Virus record (IMG/VR): IMGVR_UViG_3300025652_000050
Source of the DNA: an uncultured virus (IMG/VR IMGVR_UViG_3300025652_000050)
Lineage: Duplodnaviria > Heunggongvirae > Uroviricota > Caudoviricetes > Crassvirales
Strand: one strand, 5' to 3'
Length of the DNA: 20,000 bases
A model generated the notes under the pieces. That model saw nothing but the letters and a program-made list of their open reading frames with translations, was not told the DNA's origin and did not search any database. Of the stretch, positions 8,831 to 17,635 are shown in pieces; the first letter of the stretch is position 1; each line of letters starts with the position of its first letter. Position numbers and translations under genes: made by a program.

Positions 8831-9269
8831 TTGTTCCTGTTTTTAAAGTTTTAATTTTTGTTTGTTTTTCTTCTGAAGTTAATCTTCTTGCATCAACACA
8901 AATACCTGTGTTATCAAAAGAATACATCATACCTGAAGCTTGGTCATCAACAAGGAATAGTTTTCCGTATTTTTGCTCTGACTTAAATTTAATAGACTCA
9001 ATTAAAATTGATGCTTGAGCTTTTGGTTCTTTTTCCAGAAGTTTAAATCTGTCCATTGCTTCTTTTTTCTGTTTAGCAAGTTCAGATAATTCAATACCAA
9101 TTTGAGAATATTCGTCTTTTCTCTCAGCTACTTCTTTTTCAGTAAGATTTTTTGTGTAGCTCGTCTCTTGTAATCCATAAGCAACTGCTTCTAAATTGTC
9201 TTGGATTTCTTTTTGAGACATTCCTTCAAATGCTTGATCATAATGTTGACCGATTTTAAATGCTTCCAT
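8823..9269 (-). CDS. conserved phage hypothetical protein, translationally coupled to the downstream gene
   Basis: 148-aa ORF with an 8-nt overlap with 8114..8830. Confidence 0.7.
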   Translation of the reverse strand: MEAFKIGQHYDQAFEGMSQKEIQDNLEAVAYGLQETSYTKNLTEKEVAERKDEYSQIGIELSELAKQKKEAMDRFKLLEKEPKAQASILIESIKFKSEQKYGKLFLVDDQASGMMYSFDNTGICVDARRLTSEEKQTKIKTLKTGTNE

Positions 9270-9314
9270 ATATTTGGTTTTTGGGTTTTATAAAGGTCGC
9301 CCAAACCTATTGAT

Positions 9315-9662
9315 TTAATTTTTAATTCTCATTGGTTCTAAAATAGCATCTACTATTGATTTTATAAACTCTTTTTTTTCAGATGGCACATGAATAGATA
9401 ATGTTTCAGATTCTCCTTCGTACATTTTTTTTCTACCAGATTTTGACTTAGGTTTGTTTTCTTTTTGATTTTTAATAAAAGTATCAATTGTTTTTTTTAA
9501 TTGTAAACATTCTTCAATACCAATTCCAACCTCTCCTAATCTTTGTTCATTGTTTTTAAATATTTCAAAATTTAAAACATCATCAATACCAGTAATTTTT
9601 AAACTATAGCACAATTCTTCTTTGTCTAATAATAAAATATCTATTTTTTTTTCTTTACTCAT
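9315..9662 (-). CDS. hypothetical protein with C-terminal RHH-like segment
   Basis: 'KSGRKKMYEGESETLSIHVP' basic / beta-strand motif. Confidence 0.55.
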   Translation of the reverse strand: MSKEKKIDILLLDKEELCYSLKITGIDDVLNFEIFKNNEQRLGEVGIGIEECLQLKKTIDTFIKNQKENKPKSKSGRKKMYEGESETLSIHVPSEKKEFIKSIVDAILEPMRIKN

Positions 9663-9663
9663 T

Positions 9664-10383
9664 TTATTGATTTTTAATTTTTTCTGCGAAATAAACCTGA
9701 CCTTTACCTGTTATTTTTGTAGTTCTTGTCGTGAAAGTTTCTGATCCGCTACCAATAGTTCTTGTGATAACTTCAAATAATCCAGAAGCAACATGATTTT
9801 GGTAAGGTTCATTATCTTTATTTAAAAATTTATTTTCTCTAAACCATTCAAAAAGTCTGTTTTGACCTATTTCAAAATCTTCATCGCATAAATCTTTTGC
9901 AAACTGTCTAACTAAAATAGAATTAGAACTACCAATTACACTTTCAGCGAATACAATTTTAGGTTTATCTTCTTCAATTTTATTATTAGCTTCTATTAAT
10001 AAGTTAGAAACACGTTCTTTCTCTATTAATAAAGCCATTTCAGACTGTAAAACTTCAAGATGTGTTCTTGGAACTATTTCTTTTAATTTTTTCTCACAAG
10101 CTATAAAATACTGTCTTGCTTCTTTTCCTTTATCACTTCTTTGAATCATGGAAATTTCTTTAGCAGTATCTAATGTTAAAACAAAGTCTTGAACTTCTTG
10201 ATTTGCAAGGGTGTTAAATACTTTACACCCATTATAATCTACTCCTTCTATGAATCCGTACTCTAATTGTCTATTCATCCAATTAGAAAATCTTTCAGTA
10301 GCACCTAAAAATTCATAAAGATTCCTAGCACTAACTAATTGTTGACCTTTTTCGTTTTCTGTAACTTTAATTAATTCTTTCAT
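9664..10383 (-). CDS. phage antirepressor (AntA/AntB N-terminal + KilA-C/ANT domain)
   Basis: 'VSARNLYEFLG...FSNW', 'AKEISMIQRSDKGKEARQYFI', 'KPKIVFA', 'IGQNRLFEWFR', 'TTKITGKGQVYF'. Confidence 0.92.
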   Translation of the reverse strand: MKELIKVTENEKGQQLVSARNLYEFLGATERFSNWMNRQLEYGFIEGVDYNGCKVFNTLANQEVQDFVLTLDTAKEISMIQRSDKGKEARQYFIACEKKLKEIVPRTHLEVLQSEMALLIEKERVSNLLIEANNKIEEDKPKIVFAESVIGSSNSILVRQFAKDLCDEDFEIGQNRLFEWFRENKFLNKDNEPYQNHVASGLFEVITRTIGSGSETFTTRTTKITGKGQVYFAEKIKNQ

Positions 10384-10405
10384 AAGTGTTTATTTTAAAT
10401 AATTA

Positions 10406-10413
10406 CAAATATA
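10406..10413 (-). promoter_or_regulatory. Bacteroidota -7 promoter element TATATTTG
   Basis: Matches TAnnTTTG about 23 nt upstream of the antirepressor ATG. Confidence 0.55.
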
Positions 10414-10456
10414 TTAATATTATATAATAAAACAATAAAAAATATAGAAAATTAAA

Positions 10457-10491
10457 AAAAGGTGAGTATTAATACATAATACTCACCTTTT
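10457..10491 (-). terminator. terminator-like hairpin
   Basis: Perfect 15-bp stem AAAAGGTGAGTATTA / TAATACTCACCTTTT with a 5-nt loop. Confidence 0.7.
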
Positions 10492-10523
10492 AAAAACATA
10501 AATAATTAAATATCAATTAGTTA

Positions 10524-10913
10524 CTAAAAAGGAAGGTTATCTTTATCCTCTTCATCTGTTGGAGCATAATCTGGCTTAAACTCTTGTGGATTATTATTCA
10601 TAGGGGGTGGATTAAACTGTGCTGCATCTTCTTGTTGTTTATCTGCAGGTTGTATTTTCCAACAAACCAAAGTGTTAAAATATTTATCTTCATTTTGGGG
10701 ATTTGTCCAAAGTTTTCCTCTGATATTTATACCACAAATAACCTCTTGCCCTTCAGTATAAGCATCAATTATATCTGTTTTGTCTCCATGGAGTTCTAAT
10801 TGAATGTTCTGTACATATTGCTCGTTTGTGGAAATTACAAATTCTCTCTTTTTAAAAGTGGCACCAATTTGTTGTTCTGGCTTTATAACTTTAATAGTTC
10901 CTCTAATTTCCAT
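10524..10913 (-). CDS. DUF3127-family single-stranded DNA-binding protein
   Basis: 'MEIRGTIKVI...FKKREFVI..NEQY.Q.I..E...YFNTL.CWKI' and acidic 'DNLPF' tail. Confidence 0.85.
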   Translation of the reverse strand: MEIRGTIKVIKPEQQIGATFKKREFVISTNEQYVQNIQLELHGDKTDIIDAYTEGQEVICGINIRGKLWTNPQNEDKYFNTLVCWKIQPADKQQEDAAQFNPPPMNNNPQEFKPDYAPTDEEDKDNLPF

Positions 10914-10915
10914 AA

Positions 10916-11305
10916 TTAATCTTGTATTAAATCGGTTAATGTTACTGCTTTAAATCCTTGAGGTTTCAAGATTTTTCCTTGTTCATTTCTAGTTACTTTC
11001 CCATCAGAACCAACTTTAGTCATGTTGTTTGAATGCACTCTGTTAAATGCTTCTGTAAAAATTGATTGAAGTCCATGTGCATTTATTGTTCCTAATAAAA
11101 TGTACATTTTATCTATACATGCATCTAAAATTTCAACTTTATCTTTTTGCATTGCAGCGTATATGTACTCTTCATTTTCTTCTTTCATTAAATCATATCT
11201 AAGATTTGATTCTTTGATATTAATAAGGCTTGGTTCTATGTTTACAGTTTGGTCTGTTGCTACTTGAAATTCAGCAACTAATTCTAATAATTCGTCTATT
11301 TGCAT
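10916..11305 (-). CDS. MazG-like / PRA-PH nucleoside triphosphate pyrophosphohydrolase
   Basis: 'LMKEENEEY', 'EILDACID..Y', 'VHSNNMTK', 'GKILKP'. Confidence 0.88.
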   Translation of the reverse strand: MQIDELLELVAEFQVATDQTVNIEPSLINIKESNLRYDLMKEENEEYIYAAMQKDKVEILDACIDKMYILLGTINAHGLQSIFTEAFNRVHSNNMTKVGSDGKVTRNEQGKILKPQGFKAVTLTDLIQD

Positions 11306-11307
11306 TT

Positions 11308-12216
11308 TTATTGAGTTTTGTTTAAGGTTATTGTTTTGTAGTATTCTAAAGCCATTGGGATTACATCTAAAATCTCTTGTTCAATAGTTTTGTCTCTTCT
11401 GGCCATGTAAGATTTTAGTCTTTCTTCTTTTGAATATTCTGGATTATCAGAATAAATAAGATTTCTTTTTACTTGATCGAAAAGAGGTTTTGCAATTTCT
11501 GAATCCATGTCAATAATTCCGTACTTGTTTTTTAGCTTCCAATTTTCTGCTTCAAGAATATGGTCAGGAGCGTCAGTAAGGCAATATTGTAAGTGAGCTT
11601 CATCAGCGTTGTAAAGCATCATATAAACTCTTAATTGTGTTTCGTACATACTTGAAAACTCTGCATTCATAAAGGTTTCAGCATCAAACGAACATTTTAC
11701 ATCTTTCACAACTTTAAGAGGGAATTTAGTTTCTCCATCTTCCATTAATTTTCTCCATTCCGGAAGTTCATCAACTGAATTATAGGTATGAATAATATCG
11801 GCTTCACCTGTTATGCTGCCAATTGTAATTCTCTCTTCGTTCTTTAAGAAAAACTGTTCTTCAATTTCTCCAATAAGTTCAATTCCATTTTCTTCATTAA
11901 ATAATCCCTTCATTACATACTTATTATCCAAGTTTTTAATGAATCCTTTTTCATTCTGTAACCAGATTTTTTGAACTTCTTTTTTTGCAGTAAGAGATAG
12001 TTCAGGTTTTGCATCTCTTTTTTCAATAAGTTTTTGAAGTTCATCAGCCTTATTATCGGTCCACTTAACTTTATTTCCATTCTTATTTAAACCGTTTTCC
12101 ATCTCATAGACTAATTCATCTATTCTGTCCAATTGAACATCAGTAATTGATGTATCTTTGTTTTTTACTAAAAGGTTTGCGAATGAACTCGCTCTGAATA
12201 CTATTTGTTTTTCCAT
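11308..12216 (-). CDS. PD-(D/E)XK exonuclease (lambda-exo/YqaJ-like), partner of RecT
   Basis: 'FRASS', 'KG...E', 'ITGEADI', 'DVKCS', 'YETQLRVYM'; adjacent to RecT. Confidence 0.8.
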   Translation of the reverse strand: MEKQIVFRASSFANLLVKNKDTSITDVQLDRIDELVYEMENGLNKNGNKVKWTDNKADELQKLIEKRDAKPELSLTAKKEVQKIWLQNEKGFIKNLDNKYVMKGLFNEENGIELIGEIEEQFFLKNEERITIGSITGEADIIHTYNSVDELPEWRKLMEDGETKFPLKVVKDVKCSFDAETFMNAEFSSMYETQLRVYMMLYNADEAHLQYCLTDAPDHILEAENWKLKNKYGIIDMDSEIAKPLFDQVKRNLIYSDNPEYSKEERLKSYMARRDKTIEQEILDVIPMALEYYKTITLNKTQ

Positions 12217-12227
12217 TTAATTAAATT

Positions 12228-12262
12228 TAAAAAATAGCGAGATTTTAAACGAACCTCGCTAT
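12228..12262 (-). terminator. terminator-like hairpin
   Basis: ATAGCGAG (12234-12241) / CTCGCTAT (12255-12262) with an A run on the left. Confidence 0.55.
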
Positions 12263-12273
12263 CTTAGTTACTA

Positions 12274-13257
12274 TTATTTTTTAGCTTTTAACTCTCTCTT
12301 GCGGTCATCAAAAATAATTATAAGTTCTTCGTCATCGTCGTCTATTCCTGGCAAGCATTTTTCAAGAGTTTCAATGTCTTTTGAATTTTCAATGTATTTA
12401 ATTATTCTATTTCTTTCTTTTAATTTTGAAACATCATTTACATTTGGTGTAACAGTTTCATTATCTACATATTCAGCATCAATATCAACTGTGTCTTCTT
12501 GAGTAAAGTTATCATTTTTGATTACTGCTTGGTCTGAAACAAGAGCTTTCTGAACAGAAGTAGACAAAGGTGCATCTTTTGATAGGTGAAGTTTAATAAC
12601 TGTCTTAGAAGCCATTTTATCAAACATATCTTTCCAAAGTCCTGTTCCAAATTTCTTGTAAGTTTGAGAGAAAGTTTTTGCATGTAATTCCACTTCGTCT
12701 TTAGTCATGTAAAATGTACTTTCAAATCCATTGACTAATTTGAAGTATGAAACATATCCAATAACAGGTTTTGAAATTCTCTCTTTGTCATTTTGAATCC
12801 AATTGAATTTAATTTCTCCTGTCATTCTATCAGTTGTTTCAATTTCTCCTTCTCTTACATCTGAATCATTCATTTTTAAAAACTGTCCAGAACGCATTGC
12901 TAACTGTTTCATTCCTTTAGCCGACAATTGAAACTGAACCATTGTTTTATAAGAACCATCAGATTGTCTTGTTTTAAATGGAACCAAAAATGCATGTCCT
13001 ATACTTGGATTAATTGGTAAATCTAAAGTAGCAGCCATTAAAGCAGCAGTATAAAGAGAATTTTGATCCGCACTTGCTAATTGTCCGTTTGAATTTACTA
13101 CAGATAAAATTGAAGTAACAAAAGATACTCCTTTTTCTTTATCGCCTAAAACCTCAGCGAATTTAGCTTTAATACTGTCTGAATTTAAAAAATTAGATAA
13201 TGCTTTTACTCCTATTATTGGAGTATTTTGATTTGAATTTGTAATTTCTGTACTCAT
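12274..13257 (-). CDS. recT: RecT-family single-strand annealing recombinase
   Basis: 'AATLDLPINPSIGHAFLVPF', 'QFQLSAKG..QLA.RSGQ', 'VIGY..YF.L.NGF', 'W...FDKMASKTV'. Confidence 0.92.
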   Translation of the reverse strand: MSTEITNSNQNTPIIGVKALSNFLNSDSIKAKFAEVLGDKEKGVSFVTSILSVVNSNGQLASADQNSLYTAALMAATLDLPINPSIGHAFLVPFKTRQSDGSYKTMVQFQLSAKGMKQLAMRSGQFLKMNDSDVREGEIETTDRMTGEIKFNWIQNDKERISKPVIGYVSYFKLVNGFESTFYMTKDEVELHAKTFSQTYKKFGTGLWKDMFDKMASKTVIKLHLSKDAPLSTSVQKALVSDQAVIKNDNFTQEDTVDIDAEYVDNETVTPNVNDVSKLKERNRIIKYIENSKDIETLEKCLPGIDDDDEELIIIFDDRKRELKAKK

Positions 13258-13260
13258 AAT

Positions 13261-13488
13261 TTATTGATTTTTAAGGTATTTTTGATAGTTTTCTTTAGAG
13301 ATTCTATGACTTCTTCCAATTTTGTTTCCAATTAGTTTTCCATCAGCAATGTGTTTTTGTACTGTATAGTAGTTTAGTCCTACTTTATCAGCTACTTCTT
13401 GAACAGTATAATAATCCTTTTCTTCTTTTTCAGATACTCGGATTTCAACTGACTCTCCTGGTTTAATGTGAATTACTCTTTTTGCCAT
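13261..13488 (-). CDS. excisionase-like (HTH_17/MerR-type) DNA-binding protein
   Basis: 'YYTVQEVADKVGL...TV...I..GKL.G.KIGR..RI'. Confidence 0.8.
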   Translation of the reverse strand: MAKRVIHIKPGESVEIRVSEKEEKDYYTVQEVADKVGLNYYTVQKHIADGKLIGNKIGRSHRISKENYQKYLKNQ

Positions 13489-14859
13489 TTAGTTTAAATA
13501 TTTTTCGATTAATTCATCAAGAATTATTTCATCTTGTTGTTGAAGCCAATTGGTTAATGCTTCTAATTTATCATTGTAGTTCATTGATGCTAATCTGTTT
13601 TTATTAGCTTCAATCATTCTGTCTACTTTGTGGTCTTTTAAAGGATCTCCTGAAACTTCAACTGTTTTTTTATTAATTAATATTGGAGTTTCGGAGTCTG
13701 GTTTTCCTGTAAAAGTATCAATTAAAACTCCTTCTTCATTTTCGATAAGTCTACCTGTTTCTTTAAATTCTACTTCCTGTACAGTATTATCAACCTTAAT
13801 AACATTTGCATCTATTTCTTCACCTTTAAAAATAGCTTTAAAACTATCTTCAATTGGTTGTTTTGAAATATCAAATTTTTCTATTTCTTGTGCTTTTTTC
13901 TTAGCTTCAAACTCAGCCTTTTCCTTTTGGAAAGCTTCTATTTTTAATCTGTTTTCCTCAGCAATAGCTTCATTTTTAATTGTTTGCTTATGCGTAATTT
14001 CTAAATGACCTATTGTTCTTTCAATTAAAGCTTGAATTTCTGCTCTTGCAATTGAATATGATTCTTGAAACTCTTGACAATCTAAAGCTAATTCTTCTGA
14101 AAATTCTTTCTGAATAGTTTTTGACTCTTCAAAAGTTAAAGTTGATAGCTTAGTCAACCAGGTGTTTTTCCAATTAGAAAACTTCTCTTTAATATCGAAT
14201 ACACGTTTCTGCTCTAACTGTTCAGCCTTGATACGTTCATTTTCCAAACGTTGCTCTTCTTGTTTTTGAATTTCACCGCATTTTTCATCAAAACTTGTTT
14301 GAACTCTATGCTTGGCCATCTCGAAAAGTTGTTGAAACTCCATGAAATCAAAATTAGAATCAAACATAAATCCTAATTGCTCTTTATTAGCCTTTACATT
14401 TTCAATGGTACTTCCTTTTACAATAGCATTACATTCATTCTCAAAGTTTACAATCTCTTCTCTAATCTTAGTAACTCTTTCTTCTTCTGCACGAAGTTTA
14501 GCTAAACGTTCTTGTTCCTTGATATCTTCATGTCGAGAAACTTCTTCCTGTTGCCTATTTTCTACATGAATAACATCTGCTATGATTTCAACATAAGCGT
14601 TCTTTACAGGTCCTAAAATAAACTCTTTAATTTTTTTGTTTACGGTTTTTTCCTCTGTCTGCAATTCTGTACGAATACTTCTCGCACCTGTTCTACTTTT
14701 TTTAGCTTCTTCATAAGTAGCATTATCAGTAATTGCTACATACTTAAACTCTTTTAATCTTTTTGCAACTTCTGCTTTTTTATTTTGAAGTTCTGGAAGT
14801 TGATTAATATCGAATTTGTCTAACTCGATTACCTGTAATTTGTTTTTTGATTTTTCCAT
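13489..14859 (-). CDS. coiled-coil phage protein (DUF1351-like N-terminus)
   Basis: Likely ATG at 14859 (MEKSK); 'ITDNATYEEAKKSR...RTELQ' and long E/K/Q heptads; upstream of RecT/exonuclease. Confidence 0.55.
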   Translation of the reverse strand: MEKSKNKLQVIELDKFDINQLPELQNKKAEVAKRLKEFKYVAITDNATYEEAKKSRTGARSIRTELQTEEKTVNKKIKEFILGPVKNAYVEIIADVIHVENRQQEEVSRHEDIKEQERLAKLRAEEERVTKIREEIVNFENECNAIVKGSTIENVKANKEQLGFMFDSNFDFMEFQQLFEMAKHRVQTSFDEKCGEIQKQEEQRLENERIKAEQLEQKRVFDIKEKFSNWKNTWLTKLSTLTFEESKTIQKEFSEELALDCQEFQESYSIARAEIQALIERTIGHLEITHKQTIKNEAIAEENRLKIEAFQKEKAEFEAKKKAQEIEKFDISKQPIEDSFKAIFKGEEIDANVIKVDNTVQEVEFKETGRLIENEEGVLIDTFTGKPDSETPILINKKTVEVSGDPLKDHKVDRMIEANKNRLASMNYNDKLEALTNWLQQQDEIILDELIEKYLN

Positions 14860-15047
14860 TTTTATAAATTTAATTAAATTAATGTGTAGCAAAGTAACTA
14901 ATATTAAATGAATATAGCAAATGTTATGTGTTATTTTTTTAAAAGTGTTATATTGTGTATAACTATCTGATAATCAATATCGGGTGTATTTCGGGAATTT
15001 TATACATATTATATATGTAAGGTGTTGGTATTTGGTAGTTTAAAGAT

Positions 15048-15080
15048 TTACTTTTTATTCGTTATAAGAATAAAAAGTAA
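15048..15080. repeat. perfect 13-bp inverted repeat with 7-bp spacer GTTATAA
   Basis: TTACTTTTTATTC-GTTATAA-GAATAAAAAGTAA. Confidence 0.7.
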
Positions 15081-15137
15081 TTTAGAATCTGTATAAATTA
15101 TAAAGATAAATATAGTAAAGTAGCTAATGTTAAATAA

Positions 15138-15153
15138 TAATTTTGTAGTTTTG
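15138..15153 (+). promoter_or_regulatory. tandem Bacteroidota -7 elements (TAATTTTG, TAGTTTTG); putative promoter for the cassette array
   Basis: Two TAnnTTTG matches immediately before the first hairpin, in the divergent intergenic region. Confidence 0.55.
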
Positions 15154-15166
15154 CTTTATAATTTAA

Positions 15167-15300
15167 AAATAACGTTTATCGGCTTTATTTCAGTGCCGTA
15201 ATTTAAAACTGAAGTTCACAAATAAAAACTAAACTTATGAATAGAGAAAACAATTCCAATAAATACCAAGCAAAGGCATTGAATAAAACCGATGTTATAA
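15167..15300 (-). repeat. attC-like hairpin 1
   Basis: AAATAAC-GTTT-ATCGGCTTTATTTCAGTGCC ... GGCATTGAATAAAACCGAT-GTTATAA. Confidence 0.8.
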
Positions 15301-15322
15301 GCCGTTTTTTTTTTTAAAAATT

Positions 15323-15697
15323 ATGGAAGTTACATATTATCAATTTTGTAAAACAATAGCCGAAGATTTTGGTATTGAATTAAATCAAAATCACAAAACT
15401 AAATTTAATCAATTCCCTATAAAAAATGGGAAAAGAAAAATAAACTCTTTTCACGATGCTACAATAGTAGACAAGCAAGGGAATGAATACCCTTATATGA
15501 TTAGTCAAACCGTTAGGAACGAAGAAAAACTAATTGATTTTGATTATATATATGTTATAAGACCAAAAAATCTAAATCAAATTATAGAAGAAACGGGTGT
15601 TGTTTTAAAATCAAACTCTTGTAAAATTTGTGAAGGCGGTGGTTGGTATAGTCAAGGAACAGAATACTTTTATAAAGGAATATCTTGTGAAGTATAG
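15323..15697 (+). CDS. cassette 1 hypothetical protein
   Basis: 124-aa ORF between hairpins 1 and 2; ends GTTATAAGCCGTTTT / AAAATGGATTATAAC. Confidence 0.75.
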   Translation: MEVTYYQFCKTIAEDFGIELNQNHKTKFNQFPIKNGKRKINSFHDATIVDKQGNEYPYMISQTVRNEEKLIDFDYIYVIRPKNLNQIIEETGVVLKSNSCKICEGGGWYSQGTEYFYKGISCEV

Positions 15698-15712
15698 TCG
15701 TCCTAAAATGGA

Positions 15713-15843
15713 TTATAACGGTCTCGCTGCTTTGCGAGGTTGCAAAATTCAAGACTAATAATTAAAATACAAACTAAACTTTAAATTTATGACTGATAAT
15801 AAAAATATTACTAATGTGCAATCTTGCAAAACAGCTGTTATGC
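15713..15843 (-). repeat. attC-like hairpin 2
   Basis: TTATAAC..GCTGCTTTGCGAGGTTGCA ... TGCAATCTTGCAAAACAGCT-GTTATGC. Confidence 0.85.
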
Positions 15844-16061
15844 CACGTAGTTTAACATTCGAAAATGGAGCAAAAGCACTTTTAATGGGTGAATTTGCAG
15901 AATATATTGAATTACCAAATGAAGAATATTGTGGTTGTGGAGAATGTGATTATTGTATAGAATTTCCAGATACAGAAGAAACTATTATTCATAAAGTGCC
16001 TATAAGTTGGGATTTAATAAAGGACATATACTCTCAGATTGTAGCTCACTATGGGGCATAA
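15789..16061 (+). CDS. cassette 2 protein, Cys-rich; resembles a segment of DUF551/Ea-type enterobacterial phage proteins; starts inside hairpin 2
   Basis: 'LTFENGAKALLMGEF...CGCGECDYC...VPISWDLIKDIY'; resemblance from memory. Confidence 0.65.
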   Translation: MTDNKNITNVQSCKTAVMPRSLTFENGAKALLMGEFAEYIELPNEEYCGCGECDYCIEFPDTEETIIHKVPISWDLIKDIYSQIVAHYGA

Positions 16062-16177
16062 CGTTTAGTATATGGCAAGTAGCCGACACATAAGTAAGTA
16101 CATAAAGAATAAATTATTAATTAAGCAAATAGTAAAAAAATAAGCCTAACAGCTATTTGCTATATACATTGTTAGGC
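16056..16177 (-). repeat. attC-like hairpin 3
   Basis: GCATAAC..GTATATGGCAAGTAGC ... GCTATTTGCTATATAC-ATT-GTTAGGC. Confidence 0.85.
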
Positions 16178-16188
16178 AACGTTTTATT

Positions 16189-16407
16189 ATGAAATACGAA
16201 ACTGAAATAAATGAAATTCTTAATACTGTACTTCCTAAAGAAAGTTGGATGACAGATGATGAACATAAAGAAATAATCGAAGAAACTTTTATGCAAATGG
16301 GGGTAAATAAGCAAAAACTTTCTGACGATATAGAAGTAGGTATAAAAAATGGATATACGGTTAAGCAACAAATTGAGTTATTGAAACGAGTTCTAAATGT
16401 TTCCTAA
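16189..16407 (+). CDS. cassette 3 hypothetical protein
   Basis: 72-aa ORF; stop overlaps the CCTAAC core. Confidence 0.75.
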   Translation: MKYETEINEILNTVLPKESWMTDDEHKEIIEETFMQMGVNKQKLSDDIEVGIKNGYTVKQQIELLKRVLNVS

Positions 16408-16538
16408 CGTTTGAGGCTTTGCGAGGATTTTCGGGAAGCACAAAAAGACTTTTCAAATTTAAAAATTAACTTAAAAAATACACAATGACTAAAAAATTAA
16501 ATACAGACACCGAAAATCTTGCAAAACCTTTGTTATAA
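16402..16538 (-). repeat. attC-like hairpin 4
   Basis: TCCTAAC..AGGCTTTGCGAGGATTTTCGG ... CCGAAAATCTTGCAAAACCT-TT-GTTATAA. Confidence 0.85.
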
Positions 16539-16565
16539 GCATACCACGAATTAAAAATTTATAAT

Positions 16566-16787
16566 ATGAAAAAAGTAATAATTATTGGTGCAAATACATT
16601 AATTGCAACTCAAATACTTGCAAATTCAGTACAAGAAAAAACTATTATTGTTGCACAAGAACAAAACAATCCTTTTGAAAGAGAGCCTATTAAAATAACA
16701 GCTACTTTACCTTTACCAAAATTGATAGACTGTTATGATAAAAAAGGTAAACTATTTGAACTACCTAAATCTAAATTCCATAAGTAG
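16566..16787 (+). CDS. cassette 4 hypothetical protein
   Basis: 73-aa ORF; ends GTTATAAGCA / TGCTTATAAC are perfectly complementary. Confidence 0.75.
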   Translation: MKKVIIIGANTLIATQILANSVQEKTIIVAQEQNNPFEREPIKITATLPLPKLIDCYDKKGKLFELPKSKFHK

Positions 16788-16799
16788 CTAAAAGGTTGC

Positions 16800-16893
16800 T
16801 TATAACGGTAGGTATATGGTTAGTGCGCCTACCATAAACTTTTAAATTAAGCACCGACCTTCATAGGCGCATTAACTATATACAATGTTGTGT
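16800..16893 (-). repeat. attC-like hairpin 5 (short)
   Basis: TTATAAC..GTATATGGTTAGTGCGCCTA ... TAGGCGCATTAACTATATAC-AAT-GTTGTGT. Confidence 0.85.
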
Positions 16894-16911
16894 GCCGTTA
16901 ATTTTAGAAAT

Positions 16912-17112
16912 ATGAAAACAGCGGTAACAGTAATACAAACAATCCAAACAGGGATGGATAATTACAAAGACTTGAAAAAAACAAAAGTGTTTGAAGATAA
17001 CACAACTTTGCTTGAAATAAAGCAATGGGCAAAAGAAGCTATGAACGTTAAAAAAATAGAAGTGAAAGATATTAGTTTAGGTTGCTTAGACTTTTCTGAT
17101 GTTGAGTCTTAA
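16912..17112 (+). CDS. cassette 5 hypothetical protein
   Basis: ORF-track 16885..17112; likelier start MKTAV at 16912. Confidence 0.7.
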   Translation: MKTAVTVIQTIQTGMDNYKDLKKTKVFEDNTTLLEIKQWAKEAMNVKKIEVKDISLGCLDFSDVES

Positions 17113-17116
17113 TGGC

Positions 17117-17254
17117 ACATAACGTTTGATGGCTTTGCGAGGATTTTCAGATTAGAGCAAACTAATTAATTGATTAATAACAAAATAAACCAAATACAAA
17201 ATGAATAAAAAAACAAATACAGAATCTGAAAATCTTGCAAAACCTTTGTTAACC
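17117..17254 (-). repeat. attC-like hairpin 6 (homolog of hairpin 4)
   Basis: ACATAAC..GGCTTTGCGAGGATTTTCAGATT ... AATCTGAAAATCTTGCAAAACC-TTT-GTTAACC. Confidence 0.85.
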
Positions 17255-17629
17255 ACTGTGTTTTTAGCACCGTATTTGCCTTACGGATTGAAAATAAAAT
17301 ATAGAGAACATATAGGTATTTTGCTTAAATTATGGCAAGATAAAGACACTCTGTACATAAACTGTATAAATGGAATAGGAACGTTTGTAAATCCAACATA
17401 CCCAAATGAATTTAAACCAATTTTAAAACCTATTTCAGATTTAACAAGACCTGAGTTAGAAGATGCGGAGTTTAGATATTATATTGATTATTTGACTTAC
17501 GAAAATCAAGGAGTAGAATGGACTTTAAGAGCTCCCTATGATATGATAGTTTACTTATTAAGTCAACATTATGATATTTACGGATTAATAGAAAAAGGTT
17601 TGGCAATATCTATCCACGATGTTGAGTAA
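17201..17629 (+). CDS. cassette 6 protein, conserved Bacteroidota-phage family ('LAPYLPYGLK...KPILKP.SDL...HYDIYGLIEKGLAI'); starts inside hairpin 6
   Basis: 142-aa ORF; family recognised from memory. Confidence 0.75.
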   Translation: MNKKTNTESENLAKPLLTTVFLAPYLPYGLKIKYREHIGILLKLWQDKDTLYINCINGIGTFVNPTYPNEFKPILKPISDLTRPELEDAEFRYYIDYLTYENQGVEWTLRAPYDMIVYLLSQHYDIYGLIEKGLAISIHDVE

Positions 17630-17635
17630 CATTGT

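Noticed and set aside
13261..13488. Excisionase-like gene as evidence for a cassette recombinase module
   Set aside because: HTH_17 proteins are common in phage early regions, and no adjacent integrase links it to the array.
6017..14569. Plus-strand ORFs 6017, 8427, 8803, 10584, 12299, 13628 and 14342
   Set aside because: Antisense shadows inside well-supported - strand genes, with S/F/I-rich composition.
14890..14897. Leftward promoter TTACTTTG upstream of the coiled-coil gene
   Set aside because: Plausible position but an imperfect match to TAnnTTTG in very AT-rich DNA.
16153..16371. Minus-strand ORF over cassette 3
   Set aside because: Shadow of the + strand 72-aa ORF, which fits the cassette boundaries.
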